NCBI GenBank assembly: GCA_963662795.1 | Contig: OY759746.1 | Coordinates: 1,504,001-1,568,000, forward strand | DNA length: 64,000 nucleotides | DNA from: Spirochaetia bacterium | Lineage (GTDB): Bacteria; Spirochaetota; Spirochaetia; CADAEX01 | Reading direction: 5' to 3' | Part shown: in pieces, positions 1 to 9,906 of the stretch | Numbering within the stretch: position 1 is the stretch's first letter | Layout of the letters: every line of letters starts with the position of its first letter | The notes under the pieces: generated by a model | The model's input: only the letters and a program-made list of their open reading frames with translations | What the model was told of the DNA's origin: nothing | Database searches by the model: none | Program-made: the position numbers and the translations under genes

Positions 1-198
1 GGCGTACTTGAAATACTTGATCTCCCTTCAAATAAGGAGAGGGATAATTTTCTTCATTCGCTTTTTCTGGACAGGAATGCAGGTGTTGATGCTGTGGAAG
101 AGAAACTTGGCCTTGACAGCCTTTCCTCTTTACCGGATGATCTTACTTTCCTGATGATAGAAAAAAACAAAAGTGCGGAAGGCTTTTCCGATGAGTGA
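1..198 (+). CDS. PP2C/SpoIIE-type phosphatase, C-terminal part (truncated by window edge)
   Basis: Frame 1 reads GVLEIL...LPDDLTFLMIEK...* ; the DD-x-T-hydrophobic motif fits PP2C, and the stop overlaps the start of a STAS gene. Confidence 0.7.
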   Translation, partial: GVLEILDLPSNKERDNFLHSLFLDRNAGVDAVEEKLGLDSLSSLPDDLTFLMIEKNKSAEGFSDE

Positions 199-721
199 TG
201 GGAAATATTACTTTGCGCGGGAAGGCGCAAAAGTTTTTTTTAAATTTACCGGCACGCTGAAATACACGATAAGCAGTAAATTTGACGCGTTTCTCGACAA
301 CCTTCTTGATGAGGGTGATAATATCGAGGATGTTTTTATTGACCTTTCTGAAGCCGCATTTCTCGACAGCACAAATCTCGGCTTCCTTGCCAGAATATCT
401 GAATACATTACTGAAAAAAACGGAAAAAAGGTTACAATCTATTCACCTGACAATGACATAAACATGCTGCTTGAAAGCGTAGGGTTTGATGAGGTTTTTA
501 TAATTATTACAGATAAAGATACTGACCGCGCATCTGAGGCCCCTCTTGCGGAAATACCGGACGCCCTGACGGAAGAGAGACAGAGGTCGCTTATGATGCT
601 TGACGCCCACAGGGCCTTAATGAAAATCTCTGAAAAAAATACTGATACCTTCCGCAACGTTGTTGAACTTCTTGAACAAAGCATTAAAAAAACTGACAGG
701 GATTTAAATAACAGGAAATAA
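191..721 (+). CDS. STAS-domain anti-anti-sigma factor
   Basis: IDLSEAAFLDSTNLGFLA motif with phosphorylatable Ser; ATG at 191 overlaps the upstream stop. Confidence 0.85.
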   Translation: MSDGKYYFAREGAKVFFKFTGTLKYTISSKFDAFLDNLLDEGDNIEDVFIDLSEAAFLDSTNLGFLARISEYITEKNGKKVTIYSPDNDINMLLESVGFDEVFIIITDKDTDRASEAPLAEIPDALTEERQRSLMMLDAHRALMKISEKNTDTFRNVVELLEQSIKKTDRDLNNRK

Positions 722-745
722 TCAAAAAATCTGCCCATAGTTCTG

Positions 746-1477
746 TCAGAGGTGGTAAGCTTCCCCGAAGCTGTTAAAAAGCTGGCCCGAGAGCCAGTTT
801 TTCTGTTCCCTGCTTCCCCCTTTTTCCCTGAGGGGCGAATTGATTGTTACAATCTGTCCTCTCGCGGACCTTGAATGATAGTTTTTATACCGCAGATTCA
901 TTTTTTCGTAAACTATTCCCTGTTCATAGTGATAATGTATATAAACAATATTACCCTGTTTGTCGCATGAGACTACCATCCCGATATGCGTCAGTCTGTC
1001 ATCATCCTTCCCGTTTTTGTTTTTATCAAAGGTGTTGTCCCAGAATATTATATCTCCCGGTTCGGGAAGCCAGTATTTTTTAAGAAGTTTCCGCTCTTCA
1101 AGTGCGCTGTAGATTCTTTCCGTGCCTGTTCCATCATATTTCGGATAGTATTTTTGGAGATCAATTCCCGCGTAATAGTAGATCGCGCTCACTACGCCGG
1201 AACAGTCCATGTTGAATTTTCTGTCCCCGACAGAAAGGTTCTGTGTTTTACGGTAAATCCCGGCTGCCTCGACCAGGGCTTTTTTTATTTTCTCAGTTTC
1301 CGAATCCGGCTTCCGGAATTCGCTGTTATCAGGCTTTCCTTCTTTTTTGCCGCTGTTTTCCATTGTTACGCATGAGATTAACAGTAAAAAAAGAATGCAG
1401 ATTGCAAGGAATGAAGCTGCCAGTCTGACCGGCGGCATCAGATTTCGTACATTAATACGGTTTTTATGGTTTATCAT
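746..1477 (-). CDS. NlpC/P60 (CHAP-like) lipoprotein peptidase
   Basis: Lipobox LISC; DCSGVV, PGDIIFW and THIGMV motifs. Confidence 0.85.
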   Translation of the reverse strand: MINHKNRINVRNLMPPVRLAASFLAICILFLLLISCVTMENSGKKEGKPDNSEFRKPDSETEKIKKALVEAAGIYRKTQNLSVGDRKFNMDCSGVVSAIYYYAGIDLQKYYPKYDGTGTERIYSALEERKLLKKYWLPEPGDIIFWDNTFDKNKNGKDDDRLTHIGMVVSCDKQGNIVYIHYHYEQGIVYEKMNLRYKNYHSRSARGQIVTINSPLREKGGSREQKNWLSGQLFNSFGEAYHL

Positions 1478-2123
1478 TGTCAGGTCTTTCTTCCTTCACT
1501 GCAGTATCAGGGGTTTTCCGGCGCCTGATAAAACCTGTGCCGACAAGATATGTCTCAAATGACATTTTTCTTACTGCTTCAGGTTTGAACGATTTTGCAG
1601 AAGTAAACATTTTTTTCATTCTGTTCATCAGTTCTTTTTCATCTCCTCCCTGAAATATCTTTACGGCAATATTCCCTCCGGGCAGCAGGACTTTTTCGGC
1701 AAGATCAAGAACAGAGGATACCAGCTGGAAAGACCTTTCCGTATCCACGGTTTTATTCCCTGTTGTAGAGGGGGCGGCATCGCTTAATACAGTATTATAA
1801 GGTCCTTTATCAAGGATTGTTCCGATATTGCTCTCTGAAAAAGCATCTCCCTGGATAAAAAAGAAATTATCCCCTTTGCAGGCAGGGTCAAGGGGCAGCA
1901 GGTCAACAGCTGTAATAACACTCTTTTCTCCGAGTTCCCTGATCAGGTAAAGGCTCCAGCTTCCAGGGGCGGCCCCTATATCAAGGACAGATGAGGACCT
2001 GTCTAAAATCCTGAATTTTTTCTGTATTTCCATCAGCTTATAAACAGATCGTGCGGGATATCCTTCCTTTTTTGCTTTAAGCGTATAATGGTCATCAGCT
2101 CTGGGATTATTCTTTTTGCTCAT
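1464..2123 (-). CDS. rlmE: 23S rRNA methyltransferase RlmE/FtsJ
   Basis: RSVYKLMEI, LDIGAAPGSWS, VLSDAAP, KPEAVRKMSFETY. Confidence 0.95.
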   Translation of the reverse strand: MSKKNNPRADDHYTLKAKKEGYPARSVYKLMEIQKKFRILDRSSSVLDIGAAPGSWSLYLIRELGEKSVITAVDLLPLDPACKGDNFFFIQGDAFSESNIGTILDKGPYNTVLSDAAPSTTGNKTVDTERSFQLVSSVLDLAEKVLLPGGNIAVKIFQGGDEKELMNRMKKMFTSAKSFKPEAVRKMSFETYLVGTGFIRRRKTPDTAVKEERPDNDKP

Positions 2124-2124
2124 A

Positions 2125-2152
2125 TTGACTAATTCTGTTTTCCCTTTAAAGT
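2125..2152 (+). promoter_or_regulatory. Putative sigma70 promoter of the prenyl synthase gene (possibly leaderless)
   Basis: TTGACT-16 nt-TAAAGT, followed 6 nt later by the ATG at 2159; no Shine-Dalgarno. Confidence 0.4.
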
Positions 2153-2158
2153 ATTGTT

Positions 2159-3211
2159 ATGACTACTGATTATAATCAGAGATTGGAAAAAATAGAAGAA
2201 TATATTTTTGCTATTCTCCCTGAAAAGGCCGGCCCATCATGGATGAGCGATATTGCCGGCATCACTGATTCTGACAGGATTATCCGTTCTTTTTTGTTTG
2301 ATAATATAAACAGACCGGCACTGGATCTTGTCCAAAGGGGAGGAAAGAGATGGCGCCCCATGCTGATGGTCCTTCTGTGCGAGGCAAGGTGCGGCAGCAT
2401 GGACATGGCCCTGCCGCTTGCCCCTCTTGTGGAGCTTGCCCACAACGGCAGTCTTATAATTGATGATATAGAGGACAATGCTGATTTCAGAAGGGGAAAA
2501 CCGGCAGTACACCTTCTGCACGGGACAGATATGGCAATAAACAGCGCCAACTTCCTCTACTTTCTTTCACAGCTTGTTATTGAGAAGTCTGACCTTCCTG
2601 AAAAGTCAAGACTTAAGCTTTATACCCTTTACTCGCAGGCAATGCGCCGGCTGCACCTGGGGCAGGGGCTTGATATACATTGGCACGGCAGCAGCATTTT
2701 TATTCCGGATGAAGGTGAATACCTGCAGATGTGCCGTTTCAAGACAGGTTCCCTTTCAAGGCTTGCAGCTGAAGCAGGCATAACCGCAGCCGGCGGAAAC
2801 CCGCTGGAGATTGCTGAAACAGGTCTTGCCTGCGAAGAGATGGGAGTGGGCTTTCAGATCCTTGATGATATTACAAACCTTACGACAGGCAATCCCGGTA
2901 AAAAAAGGGGAGACGATATAGTTGAAGGAAAAAAAAGCCTTCCTGTCATCCTGTACGCCGCAGGGGGAGGAGACAAGGAAAAACTCCTTGAATGTTTCAG
3001 GGAAGCAGGCTCCCTTGGGATAGAAAAAGGTGAAGGGGCCGTGACAAGAGCAATAGAACTTCTGGAAAACAGGAATTCTCTTGAAAAAGCAAGGGAAAAA
3101 GCACTGGAAATACTTTATAATTCAAGGACGAGTATTGAGAAAAGGTACCCTAAATGCAGGGCGCTGGATTTGATTTTGTTTATTTTTGATACTTTTACAA
3201 AAAGTTTCTGA
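2159..3211 (+). CDS. Polyprenyl diphosphate synthase
   Basis: GGKRWRP, IIDDIED, RRGKP, FQILDD, GDDIVEGKKS. Confidence 0.95.
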   Translation: MTTDYNQRLEKIEEYIFAILPEKAGPSWMSDIAGITDSDRIIRSFLFDNINRPALDLVQRGGKRWRPMLMVLLCEARCGSMDMALPLAPLVELAHNGSLIIDDIEDNADFRRGKPAVHLLHGTDMAINSANFLYFLSQLVIEKSDLPEKSRLKLYTLYSQAMRRLHLGQGLDIHWHGSSIFIPDEGEYLQMCRFKTGSLSRLAAEAGITAAGGNPLEIAETGLACEEMGVGFQILDDITNLTTGNPGKKRGDDIVEGKKSLPVILYAAGGGDKEKLLECFREAGSLGIEKGEGAVTRAIELLENRNSLEKAREKALEILYNSRTSIEKRYPKCRALDLILFIFDTFTKSF

Positions 3212-3256
3212 ACAGCAGTCAATATTATACTGAACTTATAATTCAAGGCGGAGAAA

Positions 3257-3889
3257 ATGAAAAATATTATAAAAAAACAATTTTCATACAGTTTTGATAA
3301 CTATCTTTTAATAATAATCGGAATAAATGTATTTGTCTTTCTGCTTACCACAATGAAACCGTCCCTGCTTGTTAATATCGCGATGAATCCGGTAATGGTT
3401 TTAAAAAGGTATGCCTTCTGGCAGTTTATAACATACATGTTTGCCCATGCAAATATGTCTCACATTTTTTTCAACATGCTGGGTCTTTTTTTCTTCGGGT
3501 TTCCAGTTGAGAGAAGTATGGGAAGCAGGGAGTTCCTTCTTTTCTATTTTTTCTGCGGCATAGCTGCCGGGATATTCTCTTTTCTTGTATATTATACAAC
3601 CGGAAACTACAGGGTTTTTCTTCTTGGGGCATCGGGTGTTGTATACGCCGTTCTTCTGGCTTATGCCCTTTATTTCCCTGATTCATTGATTTACATTATG
3701 GGGATTGTTCCGGTAAAAGCCCTCTATCTGGTAATAGGGTATACAGCTATCGAGCTTTTTTCCCATATCAGCAATCCATATTCAGGAGTTGCCCACCTTA
3801 CCCATCTTGCCGGATTCGCGTTTGCCTATATCTATTTCATGGTGCGGCTTGGAATAAACCCGGCAGATGTTTTTTTCAGGAGAAGATAA
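3257..3889 (+). CDS. Rhomboid intramembrane serine protease
   Basis: WQFITYMFAH, HIFFNM, GASG, HLAG. Confidence 0.95.
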   Translation: MKNIIKKQFSYSFDNYLLIIIGINVFVFLLTTMKPSLLVNIAMNPVMVLKRYAFWQFITYMFAHANMSHIFFNMLGLFFFGFPVERSMGSREFLLFYFFCGIAAGIFSFLVYYTTGNYRVFLLGASGVVYAVLLAYALYFPDSLIYIMGIVPVKALYLVIGYTAIELFSHISNPYSGVAHLTHLAGFAFAYIYFMVRLGINPADVFFRRR

Positions 3890-3922
3890 CAGATTTCCCT
3901 TTTCCGCCGATAATTTTTACAG

Positions 3923-4627
3923 ATGAAACATATTAGTGTTCCGGCTTCGGTATTGCTGATCCTCCTGCTTTCCGCTTCTGCCGCATCGGGCCAGGGGCGT
4001 GATTATCCGGTATTTGACGCAGAATTCTGGTTTTTTAATGAACATGAACCCCTCTTTTCAGGTCCGGAACAGGATATCAGGAAACCCGGGACAGGGGATG
4101 ACACACGGAAAAAAATTGAGCAGCTTCTAGAAGAGGCATCGTTTGCTTTTTCGGGAATGATATACGGTTTCAATTTCAGCTATACTCCTTCGGATATTTC
4201 AAGAGGGGTCGATGAAATGTTTGAGTTTACACCTGCTGCCGTTATCCGGAAAGGGGATCCTGCCCTTACTGTAAAAAAAACCCGCAGGGATAAAGAGAAG
4301 ACTTATGTTTCAATTGAATACCGGTGTGATGAAAGACATGGAAACTGGATATCATACTGGAACAGCGCAGCTTTTCCTGTTACCGGCGGCAGCGGAAAGG
4401 GAATCCCTGATGCCGCTCCTGATGCGAGAAAAAACGCGGCAGCCGATGCGGTAAAGGAAGCTGTCAGGGAGTATATGAGGGGACGGGTTCATAATAAACC
4501 AAGAAGCATTTCAGGCAGCTGTGTTTTTTCAGAACCTCCCGTGATTACACATATGGCAGGACTTTATAACGCGTCAGTTAAAATCAGGCTTGAAGTTAAA
4601 GATGTGGAACGATACACTGTTTTTTAA
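3923..4627 (+). CDS. Exported hypothetical protein
   Basis: Signal peptide and 234-aa ORF co-directional with neighbours. Confidence 0.7.
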   Translation: MKHISVPASVLLILLLSASAASGQGRDYPVFDAEFWFFNEHEPLFSGPEQDIRKPGTGDDTRKKIEQLLEEASFAFSGMIYGFNFSYTPSDISRGVDEMFEFTPAAVIRKGDPALTVKKTRRDKEKTYVSIEYRCDERHGNWISYWNSAAFPVTGGSGKGIPDAAPDARKNAAADAVKEAVREYMRGRVHNKPRSISGSCVFSEPPVITHMAGLYNASVKIRLEVKDVERYTVF

Positions 4628-4649
4628 ATAAAGTGGTGCGGAGATATCT

Positions 4650-5510
4650 ATGGAAATAATACTTACCGGCACAGCCGCCAGTTTTAATATTCCGGCCTTC
4701 AGGTGCGTATGCGATGTATGCAGGCAGGCGCGCGAAAGCAGGGACAGGAAATTGAAAAGGAGAAACAGCTGTGCCGTAGTAACCGGAGATCATGGCGAGA
4801 AAATTCTGATAGACGCCCCGCCTCAGTTCATGAACCAGCTTGAGCTGTGCGGTATAGATGATACCGGGATTGATTCCCTTCTTCTGACTCACAGGCATGA
4901 AGACCATGTGCTTGGCCTTTTTTATATGCTTTCGCTTAAAAAATCCAAAGGCGGTATTGTAAGAACTCCTCTTAAAGTATACCTCGGCACTGATACCTAT
5001 AATTCAATTGCGGCAAATTTCAAGACACTTGCAAATGCTGAAAAAATGGAAGATCTTGACGGAATAATCGAGTTCCGGACAATAAATGAGCTTGAGGAAT
5101 TCCGTCCCGGAAGCATTAGTGTTACACCGCTTGAGACTAACCACCTTAACGCTAAATATTTATCCTCTACAGGGGAAAAGGAACAGTCGTTCGGTTTTCA
5201 TTTTTCTGAAAGGGGAAAGAACCTTTATTATCTTGTGGATGCAGCTAAAACACTGCCTGCAAAAACAATCGACTTCATGAAGAGAAGAAGACCTTCCTGC
5301 ATTATAGTTGACTGCACATATGAAAAATCAGAAGAGTCCTCCGGACACGGTGATATAGAAAGCGTAATGGCCCTTCGGGACCTTTTTCCCGAGGGGAGAA
5401 TGATTATCTCACACCTCGGGCATAAAAACCTCACCCCTGAAAGGCTTGCATCAGTTTTCGATAAAGAGGGTATTGAAGTCGGCTATGACGGACTTAAGGT
5501 TGTTGTCTGA
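4650..5510 (+). CDS. MBL-fold phosphodiesterase, PhnP-like
   Basis: LTGTA, CVCDVC zinc motif, THRHEDH, terminal SHLGH and GYDG. Confidence 0.85.
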   Translation: MEIILTGTAASFNIPAFRCVCDVCRQARESRDRKLKRRNSCAVVTGDHGEKILIDAPPQFMNQLELCGIDDTGIDSLLLTHRHEDHVLGLFYMLSLKKSKGGIVRTPLKVYLGTDTYNSIAANFKTLANAEKMEDLDGIIEFRTINELEEFRPGSISVTPLETNHLNAKYLSSTGEKEQSFGFHFSERGKNLYYLVDAAKTLPAKTIDFMKRRRPSCIIVDCTYEKSEESSGHGDIESVMALRDLFPEGRMIISHLGHKNLTPERLASVFDKEGIEVGYDGLKVVV

Positions 5511-5525
5511 TTAACCGGAAATGTT

Positions 5526-6269
5526 TCAATTGATGAGGCTGAAATGGTTAAGGATATCTTCAAGTCCTTCAGCAAGGCTTTTGTCGGAACAGTAGAGGGC
5601 CGCTTTCTTTACCGCGTCCCCGGCGTTTGACGGCGCTGCGCTGAATCCTGTTTTTACCATAAACGGGATATCAACTTCTGAATCACCCACACCCAGGATG
5701 GCCTCAAGGGGAACTCCGCTCTCTCTGGAGAGGAAGTCTATCCCTTTTCCCTTGTGAAAACCTTTAGGGATAATATTAATGCTGTCGGATGAATAGATTA
5801 TATCAAAACTGCCGCAGAGCTTTCCGCCGGCTTCAAGAATCAGCTCTTTGAGGCGCGGCGTAATGCTTTTATCCCTGCTGAAAAGGCTTAATGAGTAATC
5901 CTTTCCCCCCTGCATGATTGCCTGCCCTCTTTTGACAAGGGTTCTGTTTATTATTTTTTTAAGATTTTCAAGCTCATCAAGGCAAATGAGATCAGGGTGT
6001 GCCTTAAACACATAATCTTTGGGGTTGTATAACCCGGTACCGTGTTCAAACACGGCAGGGGCGAACCCGTGAATTGCCTGAAGAAGCGATTCAACATAGG
6101 TGCCGGGCCTCCCCGTAATTACAGTAACCGGCGGAAGGCTCCGGTCAGCTGATGCCTTGTCGTTCATCTCTGCAAGGAGCTTTACTATCCTGCCGGAGTA
6201 AAAAGCCCCCTTTGATTTTGATATTACGCCGTCGATATCAAGCGCGATCAGTTTTATTGTGTTTTCCAT
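5526..6269 (-). CDS. HAD-IIB hydrolase
   Basis: DIDGVI, ITGR, KGKG, VGDSEVDIP. Confidence 0.9.
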   Translation of the reverse strand: MENTIKLIALDIDGVISKSKGAFYSGRIVKLLAEMNDKASADRSLPPVTVITGRPGTYVESLLQAIHGFAPAVFEHGTGLYNPKDYVFKAHPDLICLDELENLKKIINRTLVKRGQAIMQGGKDYSLSLFSRDKSITPRLKELILEAGGKLCGSFDIIYSSDSINIIPKGFHKGKGIDFLSRESGVPLEAILGVGDSEVDIPFMVKTGFSAAPSNAGDAVKKAALYCSDKSLAEGLEDILNHFSLIN

Positions 6270-6327
6270 AAGTATCTGCCTTTATAATCCTCTGTCCGCT
6301 GACGCTGTATTACTGTTTTTGAGCCTT

Positions 6328-7191
6328 TTATGCGTCTTCATACACTTTTGCCAGTATATCGATACTTGCGCTGAAAGCTCCCAGGATATCCTGCTCCTTA
6401 AATCTTTCAGGGCTCAGTTCAAGGTTGTAAAGCCCCCTGTACCCGCCGGCCTTAAGCAGTTTTACATTATTTAATATCGGGATTGTGCCGCAGGTAAGCG
6501 GCCAGTGGGTCGCGTCTGTTCCCGGGTAAAGATCGTGAATATGGGTGTGTATTGCCCCTTTAATAAATTCCGGAACAGGATATTCCGCAATAATGCCCCT
6601 CCCGTAATTTGACCAGGCATGCCCCATGTCCCAGCATAATCCTATACTGCCGCTGTTTGTCTCTGCAGCTGCGGAAACAAGATCCTTATAATCAACCGCC
6701 GGATCCGGGAAACCCTTGTCCCTCTGATTTTCATAGGCGATAACAACCGGCAGTTTTTTATTTTCAATTTCCCTGCAGAGGTGGCTTAATATCGATACTG
6801 ATTTTTTATAATTCTCTTCTATGCTTTTCCCTCTGGTTTTAACAGGATGCATTGTTATTACAAGCGGTTTCCCGTCAGGCTGTGAGGCGTTTTCAAGATA
6901 TGCCGGGAGCCACGGCATGCTTTGCATGATATCGAGTGAATCGTAATTTTCTTCAACTTCTCCATGTACTGTTATCTGAAAACCGGCATCGCTTACTGTT
7001 TTAAAACCCTTCCCCGCATGGGCAAGTATTTCTTCCTGCCAGTGCCTGAATTCTATTGAGGAGACTCCCTTTTCTTTCAGTGACTCCAGAAAACTACCTA
7101 TGGTGTGATTCTGTTTCTTAATAGCTGTGCTTCCTTCATCTGTATACAATCCTGAGATGAAAGGCCATGGTAAAGATACTCCAATATTCAT
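6328..7191 (-). CDS. Sugar-phosphate isomerase/epimerase (xylose-isomerase-like TIM barrel)
   Basis: YEN, WDMGH, HTHIHD, HWP and LE motifs; start placed at ATG 7191 after a GGGG-type RBS. Confidence 0.8.
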   Translation of the reverse strand: MNIGVSLPWPFISGLYTDEGSTAIKKQNHTIGSFLESLKEKGVSSIEFRHWQEEILAHAGKGFKTVSDAGFQITVHGEVEENYDSLDIMQSMPWLPAYLENASQPDGKPLVITMHPVKTRGKSIEENYKKSVSILSHLCREIENKKLPVVIAYENQRDKGFPDPAVDYKDLVSAAAETNSGSIGLCWDMGHAWSNYGRGIIAEYPVPEFIKGAIHTHIHDLYPGTDATHWPLTCGTIPILNNVKLLKAGGYRGLYNLELSPERFKEQDILGAFSASIDILAKVYEDA

Positions 7192-7219
7192 ATATACCCC
7201 TTTCTTATATACTGATAAT

Positions 7220-7301
7220 ATGTAATAAATCTTGCAAAATGTCATCACTAAAAACCTGTAATGAAAATATAATTGCATTTATGACATAATAATTATATAA
7301 T
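7220..7301. promoter_or_regulatory. Divergent promoter region with two candidate RpiR operators
   Basis: 18-bp imperfect palindromes at 7220-7237 (ATGTAA-N6-TTGCAA) and 7261-7278 (ATGAAA-N6-TTGCAT); TTGCAT-17-TATAAT at 7273-7301. Confidence 0.55.
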
Positions 7302-7322
7302 TGGGAAAAAGGAGCATGTATC

Positions 7323-8231
7323 ATGAACTGCTATAAAAAGATTTTAAATACCTATGATTCTCTCCCGAAACAGCAGAAAAAGATCGCAGATTACATCGTG
7401 TTAAATATCAACGAAGTTGTGTTTTTTTCAATAACAATGCTCGCTTCAGAGCTCAGTGTAAGTGAAGCCACTATTGTCAGGTTTGCCCAGAATCTGGGTT
7501 ACAAGGGTTTTCCGGAACTTAAAAAAGACCTTGTCCATTATTATCAGAATTATCTGACTCCGGGCGAAAGGCTTAAAAATTCAATTGAGATCCTCGCGGG
7601 CGGGGCTTTCTCGTTTGAAAAGGCGATGAGACACGAACTTAAATGCCTTGAAGAGACAATTGATACTGTCAACGCCTCAATGTTTACAGATATTGTAGAT
7701 TCAATCTGTAAAAAGGATAAAATTTTTATTTTCGGGTTGGGTCTCAGCAACGAACCGATAGTAAATTATCTCTCATTCCGCCTTCGGAGATTCGGCCTTG
7801 ATGTCAGGGATGCGCCCCATTCGGGCAGCAATATGATGGAGTGCATTCCTTCAATCAGAAAAAATGATCTTGTAATAATCTATCAGTTCCTTAAAGCCTC
7901 CCCCGACTACTACAGCCTTACCAATGCACTCCAGAGCACCGGCGCTACCCTGTTTCTTATTACTGACAATAAAAAACTGGATCTTGTAAAAGCGGTCGAC
8001 AAGGTAATTACTGTTAACCGCGGTCCGGTTGAAAATTATCATACGCTTACTGTCCCCTTTACCGTTACAAGCGCGATTATTCTCGGTGTTGCTGAAAAAA
8101 TGGGTGATAAGGCTATTGATTTTACATCAAAGATAGGTCAGCTGCGGCGCGGATACTATCAAAGCATGCATGAGGCATTTCTGCCCTACAATAAGGGAGA
8201 AATTATAAAAGAAGATGTTAAGGAGGATTAA
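7323..8231 (+). CDS. MurR/RpiR family transcriptional regulator
   Basis: SEATIVRFAQNLGYKGFPELK helix-turn-helix plus C-terminal SIS domain. Confidence 0.95.
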   Translation: MNCYKKILNTYDSLPKQQKKIADYIVLNINEVVFFSITMLASELSVSEATIVRFAQNLGYKGFPELKKDLVHYYQNYLTPGERLKNSIEILAGGAFSFEKAMRHELKCLEETIDTVNASMFTDIVDSICKKDKIFIFGLGLSNEPIVNYLSFRLRRFGLDVRDAPHSGSNMMECIPSIRKNDLVIIYQFLKASPDYYSLTNALQSTGATLFLITDNKKLDLVKAVDKVITVNRGPVENYHTLTVPFTVTSAIILGVAEKMGDKAIDFTSKIGQLRRGYYQSMHEAFLPYNKGEIIKEDVKED

Positions 8232-9556
8232 TGGGTATTGTAAAGGCAAATGATATCAGGGGTATATATCCGGATGAGCTGAATGAAGAGACAGCCTGGA
8301 GGATCGGATTTTACCTTAAGGAAGTATTAGGCTGTAAAAAGATTCTCATAGGAAGAGACGGCCGGAGATCCTCAGATATTCTATTCAGTTCGCTTTGCGC
8401 CGGCATAACAGCGTCAGGTGCGGATGCTGTTTCAATCGGCAGGTGCGATACCCCTGCTGTATATTTTGCGACAGCCGGATATGGATTTGAAGGGAGTGTT
8501 ATGATAACGGCTTCCCATAATCCGCCGCACTACAACGGATTCAAGATTTCCGGAAAAGATTCAGTTCCGGTCGGGAAAGAAGACGGGCTTAACGTTCTGG
8601 GCGAATTGATCAGGGTAAAACCTGCTGCTTCTGCAGGAAAGGGGACAATCACAGAACTCGATATTACGGAAGATTATATAAATCATGCAGTCAGATTTGC
8701 CAAAGTGGAAAAACCCCTTAAGGTTGTTGTCGACTGCTCACAGGGTGCTGCCTGCTTTTTCGGGAAAAAAATACTCGCTGGTGTCGCATCTGAATTTATC
8801 TATATTTTTGATGAGCCGGACGGTTCTTTCTCTCTCCATGATCCTAATCCGCTTAAAAAAAGTGTCCATGAAATTGTTGCGCAGGCAGTAATCAGGGAAA
8901 ACGCCGATTTCGGAGTCTGTTTTGACGGAGATGCTGACAGGGCTGTTTTTTTTGATGAGAAAGGCCGTTTTATCTCGCCTGACATTATTACATCATTTTT
9001 TGCATCCTACTACTCGGGCGCGGAAAAAGGGTGGAAAGCTTTTTACGATGTCAGATCATCAAATTGTGTACGGGAATATATAGAAAAAAACGGCGGTGAG
9101 GCATCAGCCTGCAGGACCGGGCATTCCCATATAAAAAAAATAATGAAAGAAAGCAATGCGGTTTTTGCAGGAGAGCTTTCAGGCCATTATTATTTCAGGG
9201 ACAACTTTTTCTGCGATTCCGGGTTCATTGCTTTTCTTATAGTGCTTTCCGCCCTTTCCTCCCAGGAAAAAAAATTAAGCGCTCTTTTAAGCGATATAAA
9301 TCCTTACAGTTTTTCGGGTGAAATTAATTTTGAGGTAAGTGATATAGAGCAGGCAATAAAAAGGATCGGGGAGCACTACAGTCATGGGAAGATTGATACG
9401 ACAGAAGGCTTAAGAATTAATTTTGATGACTGGTGGTTTATTGTAAGACAGTCCACAGCAGAGCCTGTCCTGAGGCTTGTGGTTGAGGCGGACAATGATG
9501 AAATAATGAAAAAACATATAAGCGGTATAACTGATGTTATTAAAAACAGGGGATAA
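8231..9556 (+). CDS. Alpha-D-phosphohexomutase (PMM/PGM), paralog 1
   Basis: TASHNP, FDGDADR, GELSGH. Confidence 0.95.
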   Translation: MGIVKANDIRGIYPDELNEETAWRIGFYLKEVLGCKKILIGRDGRRSSDILFSSLCAGITASGADAVSIGRCDTPAVYFATAGYGFEGSVMITASHNPPHYNGFKISGKDSVPVGKEDGLNVLGELIRVKPAASAGKGTITELDITEDYINHAVRFAKVEKPLKVVVDCSQGAACFFGKKILAGVASEFIYIFDEPDGSFSLHDPNPLKKSVHEIVAQAVIRENADFGVCFDGDADRAVFFDEKGRFISPDIITSFFASYYSGAEKGWKAFYDVRSSNCVREYIEKNGGEASACRTGHSHIKKIMKESNAVFAGELSGHYYFRDNFFCDSGFIAFLIVLSALSSQEKKLSALLSDINPYSFSGEINFEVSDIEQAIKRIGEHYSHGKIDTTEGLRINFDDWWFIVRQSTAEPVLRLVVEADNDEIMKKHISGITDVIKNRG

Positions 9557-9560
9557 AAAA

Positions 9561-9667
9561 TTTAATATGATATGAAAGATTATTTTCATATCATATTAAA
9601 TATGAAAATAATTGTTTACAAAAGAAAATAATTGCTCTATAATTTACAAAAGAAAATTATTTTACAT
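9561..9667 (+). promoter_or_regulatory. Promoter with long palindrome and candidate RpiR operators
   Basis: Perfect 17-bp inverted repeat at 9561-9600 (core ATGAAA-N6-TTTCAT); TTTACA-17-TATAAT at 9615-9643; further site AAGAAA-N6-TTACAT at 9650-9667. Confidence 0.65.
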
Positions 9668-9783
9668 GATGGAAATAATCAGAAAGATTATTTGTATTTG
9701 GCAGTTTACTTTGTTGTCCGTTTTTTCTCTTTTATCAGCGGAGCCCCGGGGTAAAATGCAGTATTTCTGATAAACCATCAAAC

Positions 9784-9888
9784 ATGGCTGAAAACTTCAC
9801 AATTGTAAAACATCAGCCTGAAGAGGAATACCGGGAAGCTGTAAAAGTTGAAGAAACGGTGCTGTATATTCCACTTCATCATAGGTAA
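9784..9888 (+). CDS. Possible 34-aa small ORF in the operon leader
   Basis: MAENFTIVKHQPEEEYREAVKVEETVLYIPLHHR*; no clear RBS. Confidence 0.25.
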   Translation: MAENFTIVKHQPEEEYREAVKVEETVLYIPLHHR

Positions 9889-9906
9889 ATAAATTTTGGA
9901 GGAGCC

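Noticed and set aside
4650-5510. Phosphonate C-P lyase pathway
   Set aside because: Only a PhnP-like fold is present; no phnGHIJKLM genes in the window
9561-9600. 40-bp palindrome as an intrinsic terminator
   Set aside because: Very AT-rich stem with no U-tract, and its core matches the operator-like motif; a minor terminator role is not excluded
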